From NCBI GenBank assembly GCA_964016885.1, contig OZ024742.1:363940001-364004000 (forward strand): a DNA stretch of 64,000 nucleotides, read 5' to 3'. The stretch is from Eledone cirrhosa (lineage: Eukaryota). A program made the position numbers and the translations under genes. Shown here one piece after another: positions 1 to 13,645 of this stretch (the stretch's first letter is position 1; each line of letters starts with the position of its first letter). Under the pieces are notes generated by a model, which was given only the letters and a program-made list of their open reading frames with translations, was not told where the DNA came from and ran no database searches.

Positions 1-3000
1 TGTAGGAAGGTAAGACACACGTGGACAGCAACACAACAGCTGTGTTATGTGTGTAGGAAGGTAAGACACACGTGGACACCAGCACAACAGCTATGTTATG
101 TGTGTAGGAAGGTAAGACACACGTGGACAGCAACACAACAGCTGTGTTATGTGTGTAGGAAGGTAAGACACACGTGGACAGCAACACAACAGCTGTGTTA
201 TGTGTGTATGATGGTAAGACACACGTGGACAGCAGCACAACAGCTGTGTTATGTGTGTATGATGGTAAGACACACGTGGACAGCAACACAACAGCTGTGT
301 TATGTGTGTAGGATGGTAATACAAACATGGAGAGCAGCACAACAGCTGTGTTATGTGTGTTTGATGGAAAGACACGGGGATAGCAGCACAACTTCTGTGT
401 TATGTGTGTAGGAAGGTAAGACACACGTGGACAGCAACACAACAGCCGTGTTATGTGTGTAGGATGGTAAGACACAGGTGGAAAGCAACACAACAGCTGT
501 GTTATGTGTGTATCATGGTAAGACACACGTGGACTGCAGCACAACAGCTGTGTTATGTGTGTAGGAGGGTAAGACACACGTGGACAGCAGCACAACAGCT
601 GTGTTATGTATGTAGGATGGTAAGACACACGTGCACAGCAGCACAATAGCTGTATTATGTGTGTAGGAAGGTAAGACACACGTGGACAGCAGCACAACAG
701 CTGTGTTATGTGTGTAGGATGGTAAGACACACGTGGACAGCCGCACAACAGCTGTGTTATGTGTGTAGGATGGTAAGACACACGTGGACAGCAGCACAAC
801 AGCTGTGTTATGTGTGTAGGAAGGTAAGACACGCGTGGACAGCAGCACAACGGCTGTGTTATGTGTGTAGGAAGGTAAGATACACGTGGACAGCAACACA
901 AAGCTGTGTTATGTGTGTAGGAAGGTAAGACACAAGTGGACAGCAGCACAACAGCTGTGTTATGTGTGTAGGATGGTAAGACACACGTGGACAGCAGCAC
1001 AACAGCTGTGTTATGTGTGTAGGATGGTAAGACACACGTGGACAGCAGCACAACAGCTGTGTTATGTGTGTAGGATGGTAAGACACACGTGGACAGCAGC
1101 ACAACAGCTGTGTTATGTGTGTAGGAAGGTAAGACACCCGTAGATAGCAACACAACAGCTGTGTTATGTATGTATGATGGTAAGACACACGTGGACAGCA
1201 GCACAACAGCTATGTTATGTGTGTAGGAAGGTAAGACACACGTGGACAGCAACACAACAGCCGTGTTATGTGTGTAGGATGGTAAGACACACGTGGACAG
1301 CAACACAACAGCCGTGTTATGTGTGTAGGATGGTAAGACACAGGTGGACAGCAACACAACAGCTGTGTTAAGTGTGTATCATGGTAAGACACACGTGGAC
1401 TGCAACACAACAGCTGTGTTATGTGTGTAGGAAGGTAAGACACACGTGGACAGCAATACAACAGCCGTGTTATGTGTGTAGGATGGTAAGACACACGTGG
1501 ACAGCAACACAACAGCTGTGTTATGTGTGTAGGAAGGTAAGACACACGTGGACAGCAGCACAACAGCCGTGTTATGTGTGTAGGATGGTAAGACACACGT
1601 GGACAGCAGCACAACAGCTGTGTTATGTGTGTAGGAAGGTAAGACACACGTGGATAGCAGCACAACAGCTGTGTTATGTGTGTAGGATGGTAAGACACAC
1701 GTGCACAGCAGCACAATAGCTGTATTATGTGTGTAGGAAGGTAAGACACACGTGGATAGCAGCACAACAGCTGTGTTATGTGTGTAGGATGGTAAGACAC
1801 ACGTGGACAGCAACACAACAGCTGTGTTATGTGTGTAGGATGGTAACACACACGTGGACAGCAACACAACAGCTGTGTTATGTGTGTAGGAAGGTAAGAC
1901 ACGCGTGGACAGCAGCACAACAGCTGTGTTATGTGTGTAGGATGGTAAGACACACGTGGACAGCAACACAACAGCTGTGTTATGTGTGTAGGAAGGTAAG
2001 ACACGCGTGGACAGCAGCACAACAGCTGTGTTATGTGTGTAGGAAGGTAAGATACACGTGGACAGCAACACAACAGCTGTGTTATGTGTGTAGGAAGGTA
2101 AGACACGCGTGGACAGCAGCACAACAGCTGTGTTATGTGTGTAGGAAGGCAAGATACACGTGGACAGCAACACAACAGCTGTGTTATATGTGTAGGATGG
2201 TAAGACACACGTGGACAGCAACACAACAGCCGTGTTATGTGTGTAGGAAGGTAAGACACACGTTCACAGCAGTACAAGAGCTGTGTTATGTGTGTAGGAA
2301 GGTAAGACACCCGTGGATAGCAACACAACAGCTGTGTTATGTGTGCATGATGGTAAGACACACGTGGACAGCAACACAACAGCTGTGTTATGTGTGTAGG
2401 AAGGTAAGACACACGTGGACAGCAGCACAGCAGCTGTGTTATGTGTGTAGGTAGGTAAGACACACGTGGACAGCTGCACAACAGCTGTGTTATGTGTGTA
2501 GGAAGGTAAGACACGCGTGGACAGCAGCACAACAGCTGTGTTGTGTGTGTAGGATGTTAAGACACACGTGGACAGCAACACAACAGCCGTGTTATGTGTG
2601 TAGGAAGGTAAGACACACGTGGACAGCCGCACAACAGCTGTGTTATGTGTGTAGGATGGTAAGACACACGTGGACAGCAGCACAACAGCTGTGTTATGTG
2701 TGTAGGATGGTAAGACACACGTGGACAGCAGCACAACAGCTGTGTTATGTGTGTAGGAAGGTAAGACACGCGTGGACAGCAACACAACAGCTGTGTTATG
2801 TGTGTAGGATGGTAAGACACACGTGGACAGCAGCATAACAGCTGTGTTATGTGTGTAGGAAGGTAAGACACCCGTGGATAGCAACACAACAGCTGTGTTA
2901 TGTGTGTATGATGGTAAGACACACGTGGACAGCAGCACAACAGCTATGTTATGTGTGTAGGAAGGTAAGACACACGTGGACAGCAACACAACAGCTGTGT

Positions 3001-6000
3001 TATGTGTGTATGATGGTAAGACACACGTGGACAGCAACACAACAGCCGTGTTATGTGTGTAGGATGGTAAGACATACGTGGACAGCAGCGCAACAGCTGT
3101 GTTATGTGTGTAGGAAGTTAAGACACACGTGGACAGCAGCACAACAGCTGTGTTATGTGTGTAAGATGGTAAGACACTTGGACAGCAGCACAACAGCTGT
3201 GTTATGTGTGTAGAAAGGTAAGACACACGTGGACAGCAGCACAACTGCTCTGTTATGTGTGTAGGATGGTAAGACACACGTGGACAGTAGCACAACAGCT
3301 GTGTTATGTGTGTAGGATGGTAAGACACACGTTCACAGCAGCACAAGAGCTGTGTTATGTGTGTAGGAAGGTAAGACACCCGTGGATAGCAACACAACAG
3401 CTGTGTTATGTGTGCATGATGGTAAGACACGCGTGGACAGCAACACAACAGCTGTGTTATGTGTGTAGGAAGGTAAGACACACGTGGACAGCAGCACAAC
3501 AGCTGTGTTATGTGTGTAGGAAGGTAAGACACGCGTGGACAGCAGCACAACAGCTGTGTTGTGTGTGTAGGATGTTAAGACACACGTGGACAGCAACACA
3601 ACAGCCGTGTTATGTGTGTAGGATGGTAAGACACACGTGGACAGCAACACAACAGCCGTGTTATGTGTGTAGGAAGGTAAGACACACGTGAACAGCCGCA
3701 CAACAGCTGTGTTATGTGTGTAGGATGGTAAGACACACGTGGACAGCAGCACAACAGCTGTGTTATGTGTGTAGGATGGTAAGACACAGGTGGACAGCAG
3801 CACAACAGCTGTGTTATGTGTGTAGGAAGGTAAGACACGCGTGGACAGCAACACAACAGCTGTGTTATGTGTGTAGGATGGTAAGACACACGTGGACAGC
3901 AGCACAACAGCCGTGTTATGTGTGTGGATTGGTAAGACACACGTAGACAGTAGCACAACAGCCGTGTTATGTGTGTAGATTGGTAAGACACACGTGGACA
4001 GCAGCACAACAGCTGTGTTATGTGTGTAGGATGGTAAGACACACGTGGACAGCAGCACAACAGCCGTGTTATGTGTGTAGGATGGTAAGACACACGTGGA
4101 CAGCAACACAACAGCTGTGTTATGTGTGTATGATGGTAAGACACACGTGGACAGCAACACAACAGCTGTGTTATGTGTGTAGGATGGTAAGACACACATG
4201 GAGAGCAGCACAGCAGCCGTGTTATGTGTGTAGGATGGAAATACACGTGGATAGCAGCACAACATCTGTGTTATGTGTGTAGGAAGGTAAGACACACGTG
4301 GATAGCAACACAACAGCCGTGGTATGTGTGTAGGAAGGTGAGACACACGTGGATAGCAACACAACAGCCGTGTTATGTGTGTAGGATGGTAAGACACACG
4401 TGGATAACAACACAACAGCCGTGTTATGTGTGTAGGATGGTAAGACACACGTGGACAGCAGCACAACAGCTGTGTTATGTGTGTAGGATGGTAAGACACA
4501 CGTGGACAGCAGCATAACAGCTGTGTTATGTGTGTAGGAAGGTAAGACACACGTGGATAGCAACACAACAGCTGTGTTATGTGTGTAGGATGGTAAGACA
4601 CACGTGGACAGCAGCACAACAGCTATGTTATGTGTGTAGGAAGGTAAGACACACGTGGACAGCAACACAACAGCTGTGTTATGTGTGTATGATGGTAAGA
4701 CACACGTGGACAGCAACACAACAGCCGTGTTATGTGTGTAGGATGGTAAGACATACGTGGACAGCAGCGCAACAGATGTGTTATGTGTGTAGGAAGTTAA
4801 GACACACGTGGACAGCAGCACAACAGCTGTGTTATGTGTGTAGGATGGTAAGACACACGTGGACAGCAGCACAACAGCTGTGTTATGTGTGTAGGATGGT
4901 AAGACACACATGGAGAGCAGCACAACAGCTGTGTTATGTGTGTATGATGGAAATACACGTGGATAGCAGCACAACATCTATGTTATGTGTGTAGGAAGGT
5001 AAGACACACGTGGATAGCAACACAACAGCCGTGTTATGTGTGTAGGAAGGTAAGACACACGTGGATAGCAACACAACAGCCGTGTTATGTGTGTAGGATG
5101 GTAAGACACACGTGGATAGCAACACAACAGCCGTGTTATGTGTGTAGGATGGTAAGACACACGTGGACAGCAGCACAACAGCTGTGTTATGTGTGTAGGA
5201 TGGTAAGACACACGTGGACAGCAGCATAACAGCTGTGCTATGTGTGTAGGAAGGTAAGACACCCGTGGATAGCAACACAACAGCTGTGTTATGTGTGTAT
5301 GATGGTAAGACACACGTGGACAGCAGCACAACAGCTATGTTATGTGTGTAGGAAGGTAAGACACACGTGGACAGCAACACAACAGCTGTGTTATGTGTGT
5401 ATGATGGTAAGACACACGTGGACAGCAACACAACAGCCGTGTTATGTGTGTAGGATGGTAAGACATACGTGGACAGCAGCGCAACAGCTGTGTTATGTGT
5501 GTAGGAAGTTAAGACACACGTGGACAGCAGCACAACAGCTGTGTTATGTGTGTAGAAAGGTAAGACACACGTGGACAGCAGCACAACTGCTCTGTTATGT
5601 GTGTAGGATGGTAAGACACACGTGGACAGCAACACAACAGCCGTGTTATGTGTGTAGGAAGGTAAGACACACGTGGACAGCCGCACAACAGCTGTGTTAT
5701 GTGTGTAGGATGGTAAGACACACGTGGACAGCAGCACAACAGCTGTGTTATGTGTGTAGGATGGTAAGACACAGTTGGACATCAGCACAACAGCTGTGTT
5801 ATGTGTGTAGGAAGGTAAGACACGCGTGGACAGCAACACAACAGCTGTGTTATGTGTGTAGGATGGTAAGACACACGTGGACAGCAGCACAACAGCCGTG
5901 TTATGTGTGTGGATTGGTAAGACACACGTAGACAGTAGCACAACAGCCGTGTTATGTGTGTAGCATGGTAAGACACACGTGGACAGCAACACAACAGCTG

Positions 6001-7207
6001 TGTTATGTGTGTATGATGGTAAGACACACGTGGACAGCAACACAACAGCTGTGTTATGTGTGTAGGATGGTAAGACACACATGGAGAGCAGCACAGCAGC
6101 CGTGTTATGTGTGTATGATGGAAATACACGTGGATAGCAGCACAACATCTGTGTTATGTGTGTAGGAAGGTAAGACACCCCTGGATAGCAACACAACAGC
6201 CGTGTTATGTGTGTAGGAAGGTGAGACACACGTGGATAGCAACACAACAGCCGTGTTATGTGTGTAGGATGGTAAGACACACGTGGATAGCAACACAACA
6301 GCCGTGTTATGTGTGTAGGATGGTAAGACACACGTGGACAGCAGCACAACAGCTGTGTTATGTGTGTAGGATGGTAAGACACACGTGGACAGCAGCATAA
6401 CAGCTGTGTTATGTGTGTAGGAAGGTAAGACACCCGTGGATAGCAACACAACAGCTGTGTTATGTGTGTAGGATGGTAAGACACACGTGGACAGCAGCAC
6501 AACAGCTATGTTATGTGTGTAGGAAGGTAAGACACACGTGGACAGCAACACAACAGCTGTGTTATGTGTGTATGATGGTAAGACACACGTGGACAGCAAC
6601 ACAACAGCCGTGTTATGTGTGTAGGATGGTAAGACATACGTGGACAGCAGCGCAACAGATGTGTTATGTGTGTAGGAAGTTAAGACACACGTGGACAGCA
6701 GCACAACAGCTGTGTTATGTGTGTAGGATGGTAAGACACACGTGGACAGCAGCACAACAGCTGTGTTATGTGTGTAGGATGGTAAGACACACATGGAGAG
6801 CAGCACAACAGCTGTGTTATGTGTGTATGATGGAAATACACGTGGATAGCAGCACAACATCTGTGTTATGTGTGTAGGAAGGTAAGACACACGTGGATAG
6901 CAACACAACAGCCGTGTTATGTGTGTAGGAAGGTAAGACACACGTGGATAGCAACACAACAGCCGTGTTATGTGTGTAGGATGGTAAGACACACGTGGAT
7001 AGCAACACAACAGCCGTGTTATGTGTGTAGGATGGTAAGACACACGTGAACAGCAGCACAACAGCTGTGTTATGTGTGTAGGATGGTAAGACACACGTGG
7101 ACAGCAGCATAACAGCTGTGTTATGTGTGTAGGAAGGTAAGACACCCGTGGATAGCAACACAACAGCTGTGTTATGTGTGTATGATGGTAAGACACACGT
7201 GGACAGC
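1..7207. repeat. Copy 1 (left-truncated by the window) of a large near-identical duplication, offset 13,645 bp
   Basis: ORF coordinates and translations recur at exactly +13,645 (404/14049, 1729/15374, 3206/16851, 5242/18887, 6413/20058, 7125/20770). Colinearity ends at C7208 vs A20853. Confidence 0.95.
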
Positions 7208-10200
7208 CGCACAACAGTTGTGTTATGTGTGTAGGATGGTAAGACACACGTGGACAGCAGCACAACAGCTGTGTTATGTGTGTAGGATGGTAAGACACAC
7301 GTGGACAGCAGCACAACAGCTGTGTTATGTGTGTAGGAAGGTAAGACACGCGTGGACAGCAACACAACAGCTGTGTTATGTGTGTAGTATTCGTAAGACA
7401 TACGTGGACAGCAGCACAACAGCCGTGTTATGTGTGTGGATTGGTAAGACACACGTGGACAGTAGCACAACAGCCGTGTTATGTGTGTAGATTGGTAAGA
7501 CACACGTGGACAGCAACACAACAGCTGTGTTATGTGTGTAGGATGGTAAGACACACGTGGACAGCAGCACAACAGCCGTGTTATGTGTGTAGGATGGTAA
7601 GACACACGTGGACAGCAACACAACAGCTGTGTTATGTGTGTATGATGGTAAGACACACGTGGACAGCAACACAACAGCTGTGTTATGTGTGTAGGATGGT
7701 AAGACACACATGGAGAGCAGCACAACAGCTGTGTTATGTGTGTATGATGGAAATACACGTGGATAGCAGCACAACATCTGTGTTATGTGTGTAGGAAGGT
7801 AAGACACACGTGGATAGCAACACAACAGCCGTGTTATGTGTGTAGGAAGGTAAGACACACGTGGATAGCAACACAACAGCCGTGTTATGTGTGTAGGATG
7901 GTAAGACACACGTGGATAGCAACACAACAGCCGTGTTATGTGTGTAGGATGGTAAGACACACGTGGACAGCAGCAGAACAGCTGTGTTATGTGTGTAGGA
8001 TGGTAAGACACACGTGGACAGCAGCATAACAGCTGTGTTATGTGTGTATGATGGTAAGACACACGTGGACAGCAACACAACAGCCGTGTTATGTGTGTAA
8101 GATGGTAAGACATACGTGGACAGCAGCGCAACAGCTGTGTTATGTGTGTAGGAAGTTAAGACACACGTGGACAGCAGCACAACAGCTGTGTTATGTGTGT
8201 AAGATGGTAAGACACTTGGACAGCAGCACAACAGCTGTGTTATGTGTGTAGAAAGGTAAGACACACGTGGACAGCAGCACAACTGCTCTGTTATGTGTGT
8301 AGGATGGTAAGACACACGTGGACAGTAGCACAACAGCTGTGTTATGTGTGTAGGATGGTAAGACACACGTTCACAGCAGCACAAGAGCTGTGTTATGTGT
8401 GTAGGAAGGTAAGACACCCGTGGATAGCAACACAACAGCTGTGTTATGTGTGCATGATGGTAAGACACACGTGGACAGCAACACAACAGCTGTGTTATGT
8501 GTGTAGGAAGGTAAGACACACGTGGACAGCAGCACAGCAGCTGTGTTATGTGTGTAGGTAGGTAAGACACACGTGGACAGCTGCACAACAGCTGTGTTAT
8601 GTGTGTAGGAAGGTAAGACACGCGTGGACAGCAGCACAACAGCTGTGTTGTGTGTGTAGGATGTTAAGACACACGTGGACAGCAACACAACAGCCGTGTT
8701 ATGTGTGTAGGAAGGTAAGACACACGTGGACAGCCGCACAACAGCTGTGTTATGTGTGTAGGATGGTAAGACACACGTGGACAGCAGCATAACAGCTGTG
8801 TTATGTGTGTAGGATGGTAAGACACACGTGGACAGCAGCACAACAGCTGTGTTATGTGTGTAGGAAGGTAAGACACGCGTGGACAGCAAAACAACAGCTG
8901 TGTTATGTGTGTAGGAAGGTAAGACACACGTGGACAGCAGCACAACAGCCGTGTTATGTGTGTGGATTGGTAAGACACACGTGGACAGTAGCACAACAGC
9001 CGTGTTATGTGTGTAGATTGGTAAGACACACGTGGACAGCAGCACAACAGCTGTGTTATGTGTGTAGGATGGTAAGACACACGTGGACAGCAGCACAACA
9101 GCCGTGTTATGTGTGTAGGATGGTAAGACACACGTGGATAGCAACACAACAGCCGTGTTATGTGTGTAGGATGGTAAGACACACGTGGACAGCAGCACAA
9201 CAGCCGTGTTATGTGTGTAGGATGGTAAGACACACGTGGACAGCAGCACAACAGCTGTGTTATGTGTGTAGGATGGTAAGACACACGTGGACAGCAGCAT
9301 AACAGCTGTGTTATGTGTGTAGGAAGGTAAGACTCCCGTGGATAGCAACACAACAGCTGTGTTATGTGTGTATGATGGTAAGACACACGTGGACAGCAGC
9401 ACAACAGCCGTGTTATGTGTGTAGGATGGTAAGACACACGTGGACAGCAGCACAACAGCTGTGTTATGTGTGTAGGAAGGTAAGACACACGTGGACAGCA
9501 GCACAACAGCTGTGTTATGTGTGTAGGAAGGTAAGACACACGTAGACAGCAGCACAACAGCCGTGTTATGTGTGTAGGATGGTAAGACACACGTGGACAG
9601 CAGCACAACAGCTGTGTTATGTGTGTAGGAAGGTAAGACACACGTGGACAGCAGCACAACAGCTGTGTTATGTGTGTAGGATGGTAAGACACACGTGCAC
9701 AGCAGCACAATAGCTGTATTATGTGTGTAGGAAGGTAAGACACACGTGGACAGCAGCACAACAGCTGTGTTATGTGTGTAGGAAGGTAAGACACGCGTGG
9801 ACAGCAGCACAACGGCTGTGTTATGTGTGTAGGAAGGTAAGATACACGTGGACAGCAACACAAAGCTGTGTTATGTGTGTAGGAAGGTAAGACACAAGTG
9901 GACAGCAGCACAACAGTTGTGTTGTGTGTGTAAGATGGTAAGACACTTGGACAGCAGCACAACAGCTGTGTTATGTGTGTAGGATGGTAAGACACACGTG
10001 GACAGCAGCACAACAGCTGTGTTATGTGTGTAGGATGGTAAGACACACGTGGACAGCAGCACAACAGCTGTGTTATGTGTGTAGGATGGTAAGACACACG
10101 TGGACAGCAGCACAACAGCTGTGTTATGTGTGTAGGAAGGTAAGACACCCGTAGATAGCCACACAACAGCTGTGTTATGTATGTATGATGGTAAGACACA

Positions 10201-13200
10201 CGTGGACAGCAGCACAACAGCTATGTTATGTGTGTAGGAAGGTAAGACACACGTGGACAGCAACACAACAGCTGTGTTATGTGTGTAGGAAGGTAAGACA
10301 CACGTGGACAGCAATACAACAGCCGTGTTATGTGTGTAGGATGGTAAGACACACGTGGACAGCAACACAACAGCTGTGTTATGTGTGTAGGAAGGTAAGA
10401 CACACGTGGACAGCAGCACAACAGCCGTGTTATGTGTGTAGGATGGTAAGACACAGGTGGACAGCAACACAACAGCTGTGTTAAGTGTGTATCATGGTAA
10501 GACACACGTGGACTGCAACACAATAGCTGTGTTATGTGTGTAGGATGGTAATACAAACATGGAGAGTAGCATAACAGCTGTGTTATGTGTGTTTGATGGA
10601 AAGACGCGTGGATAGCAGCACAACTTCTGTGTTATGTGTGTAGGAAGGTAAGACACACGTGGACAGCAACACAACAGCCGTGTTATGTGTGTAGGATGGT
10701 AAGACACAGGTGGACAGCAACACAACAGCTGTGTTAAGTGTGTATCATGGTAAGACACACGTGGACTGCAACACAACAGCTGTGTTATGTGTGTAGGAAG
10801 GTAAGACACACGTGGACAGCAATACAACAGCCGTGTTATGTGTGTAGGATGGTAAGACACACGTGGACAGCAACACAACAGCTGTGTTATGTGTGTAGTA
10901 AGGTAAGACACACGTGGACAGCAGCACAACAGCCGTGTTATGTGTGTAGGATGGTAAGACACACGTGGACAGCAGCACAACAGCTGTGTTATGTGTGTAG
11001 GAAGGTAAGACACACGTGGATAGCAGCACAACAGCTGTGTTATGTGTGTAGGATGGTAAGACACACGTGCACAGCAGCACAACAGCTGTGTTATGTGTGT
11101 AGGAAGGTAAGATACACGTGGACAGCAACACAACAGCTGTGTTATGTGTGTAGGAAGGTAAGACACGCGTGGACAGCAGCACAACAGCTGTGTTATGTGT
11201 GTAGGAAGGTAAGACACGCGTGGACAGCAGCACAACAGCTGTGTTATGTGTGTAGGAAGGTAAGACACGCGTGGACAGCAGCACAATAGCTGTGTTATAT
11301 GTGTAGGATGGTAAGACACACGTGGACAGCAGCACAACAGCCGTGGTATGTGTGTAGGATGGTAAGACACACGTGGACAGCAACACAACAGCTGTGTTAT
11401 GTGTGTAGGATGGTAAGACACACGTGGACAGCTGCACAACAGCTGTGTTGTGTGTGTAGGATGTTAAGACACACGTGGACAGCAACACAACAGCTGTGTT
11501 ATGTGTGTAGTAAGGTAAGACACACGTGGACAGCAACACAACAGCCGTGTTATGTGTGTAGGAAGGTAAGACACACGTGGACAGCCGCACAACAGTTGTG
11601 TTATGTGTGTAGGATGGTAAGACACACGTGGACAGCAGCACAACAGCTGTGTTATGTGTGTAGGATGGTAAGACACACGTGGACAGCAGCACAACAGCTG
11701 TGTTATGTGTGTAGGAAGGTAAGACACACATGGAGAGCAGCACAACAGCTGTGTTATGTGTGTATGATTGTAAGACACACGTGGACAGCAGCACAACAGC
11801 CGTGTTATGTGTGTGGATTGGTAAGACACACGTGGACATTAGCACAACAGCCGTGTTATGTGTGTAGATTGGTAAGACACACGTGGACAGCAGCACAACA
11901 GCTGTGTTATGTGTGTAGGATGGTAAGACACACGTGGACAGCAACACAACAGCTGTGTTATGTGTGTATGATGGTAAGACACACGTGGACAGCAGCATAA
12001 CAGCTGTGTTATGTGTGTAGGATGGTAAGACACACATGGAGAGCAGCACAACAGCTGTGTTATGTGTGTATGATGGAAATACACGTGGATAGCAGCACAA
12101 CATCTGTGTTATGTGTGTAGGAAGGTAAGACACACGTGGATAGCAACACAACAGCCGTGTTATGTGTGTAGGATGGTAAGACACACGTGGACAGCAGCAC
12201 AACAGCTGTGTTATGTGTGTAGGATGGTAAAACACACGTGGACAGCAGCATAACAGCTGTGTTATGTGTGTATGATGGTAAGACACACGTGGACAGCAAC
12301 ACAACAGCCGTGTTATGTGTGTAGGATGGTAAGACATACGTGGACAGCAGCGCAACAGCTGTGTTATGTGTGTAGGAAGTTAAGACACACGTGGACAGCA
12401 GCACAACAGCTGTGTTGTGTGTGTAGGATGTTAAGACACACGGGGACAGCAACACAAAAGCCGTGTTATGTGTGTAGGAAGGTAAGACACACGTGGACAG
12501 CCGCACAACAGCTGTGTTATGTGTGTAGGATGGTAAGACACACGTGGACAGCAGCACAACAGCTGTGTTATGTGTGTAGGATGGTAAGACACACGTGGAC
12601 AGCAGCACAACAGCTGTGTTATGTGTGTAGGAAGGTAAGACACGCGTGGACAGCAACACAACAGCTGTGTTATGTGTGTAGGATGGTAAGACACACGTGG
12701 ACAGCAGCACAACAGCCGTGTTATATGTGTGGATTGGTAAGACACACGTGGACAGTAGCACAACAGCCGTGTTATGTGTGTAGATTGGTAAGACACACGT
12801 GGACAGCAGCACAACAGCTGTGTTATGTGTGTAGGATGGTAAGACACACGTGGACAGCAGCACAACAGCCGTGTTATGTGTGTAGGATGGTAAGACACAC
12901 GTGGACAGCAACACAACAGCCGTGTTATGTGTGTAGGATGGTAAGACACACGTGGACAGCAGCACAACAGCCGTGTTATGTGTGTAGGATGGTAAGACAC
13001 ACGTGGATAGCAACACAACAGCCGTGTTATGTGTGTAGGATGGTAAGACACACGTGGACAGCAACACAACAGCCGTGTTATGTGAGTAGGAAGGTAAGAC
13101 ACACGTGGACAGCCGCACAACAGCTGTGTTATGTGTGTAGGATGGTAAGACACACGTGGACAGCAACACAACAGCTGTGTTATGTGTGTATGATGGTAAC

Positions 13201-13645
13201 ACACACGTGGACAGCAGCACAACAGCTGTGTTATGTGTGTAGGAAGGTAAGACACACGTGGACAGCAACACAACAGCTGTGTTATGTGTGTAGGAAGGTA
13301 AGACACACGTGGACACCAGCACAACAGCTATGTTATGTGTGTAGGAAGGTAAGACACACGTGGACAGCAACGCAACAGCTGTGTTATGTGTGTAGGAAGG
13401 TAAGACACACGTGGACAGCAACACAACAGCTGTGTTATGTGTGTATGATGGTAAGACACACGTGGACAGCAGCACAACAGCTGTGTTATGTGTGTAGGAA
13501 GGTAAGACACACGTGGACAGCAACACAACAGCTGTGTTATGTGTGTAGGAAGGTAAGACACACGTGGACACCAGCACAACAGCTATGTTATGTGTGTAGG
13601 AAGGTAAGACACACGTGGACAGCAACGCAACAGCTGTGTTATGTG

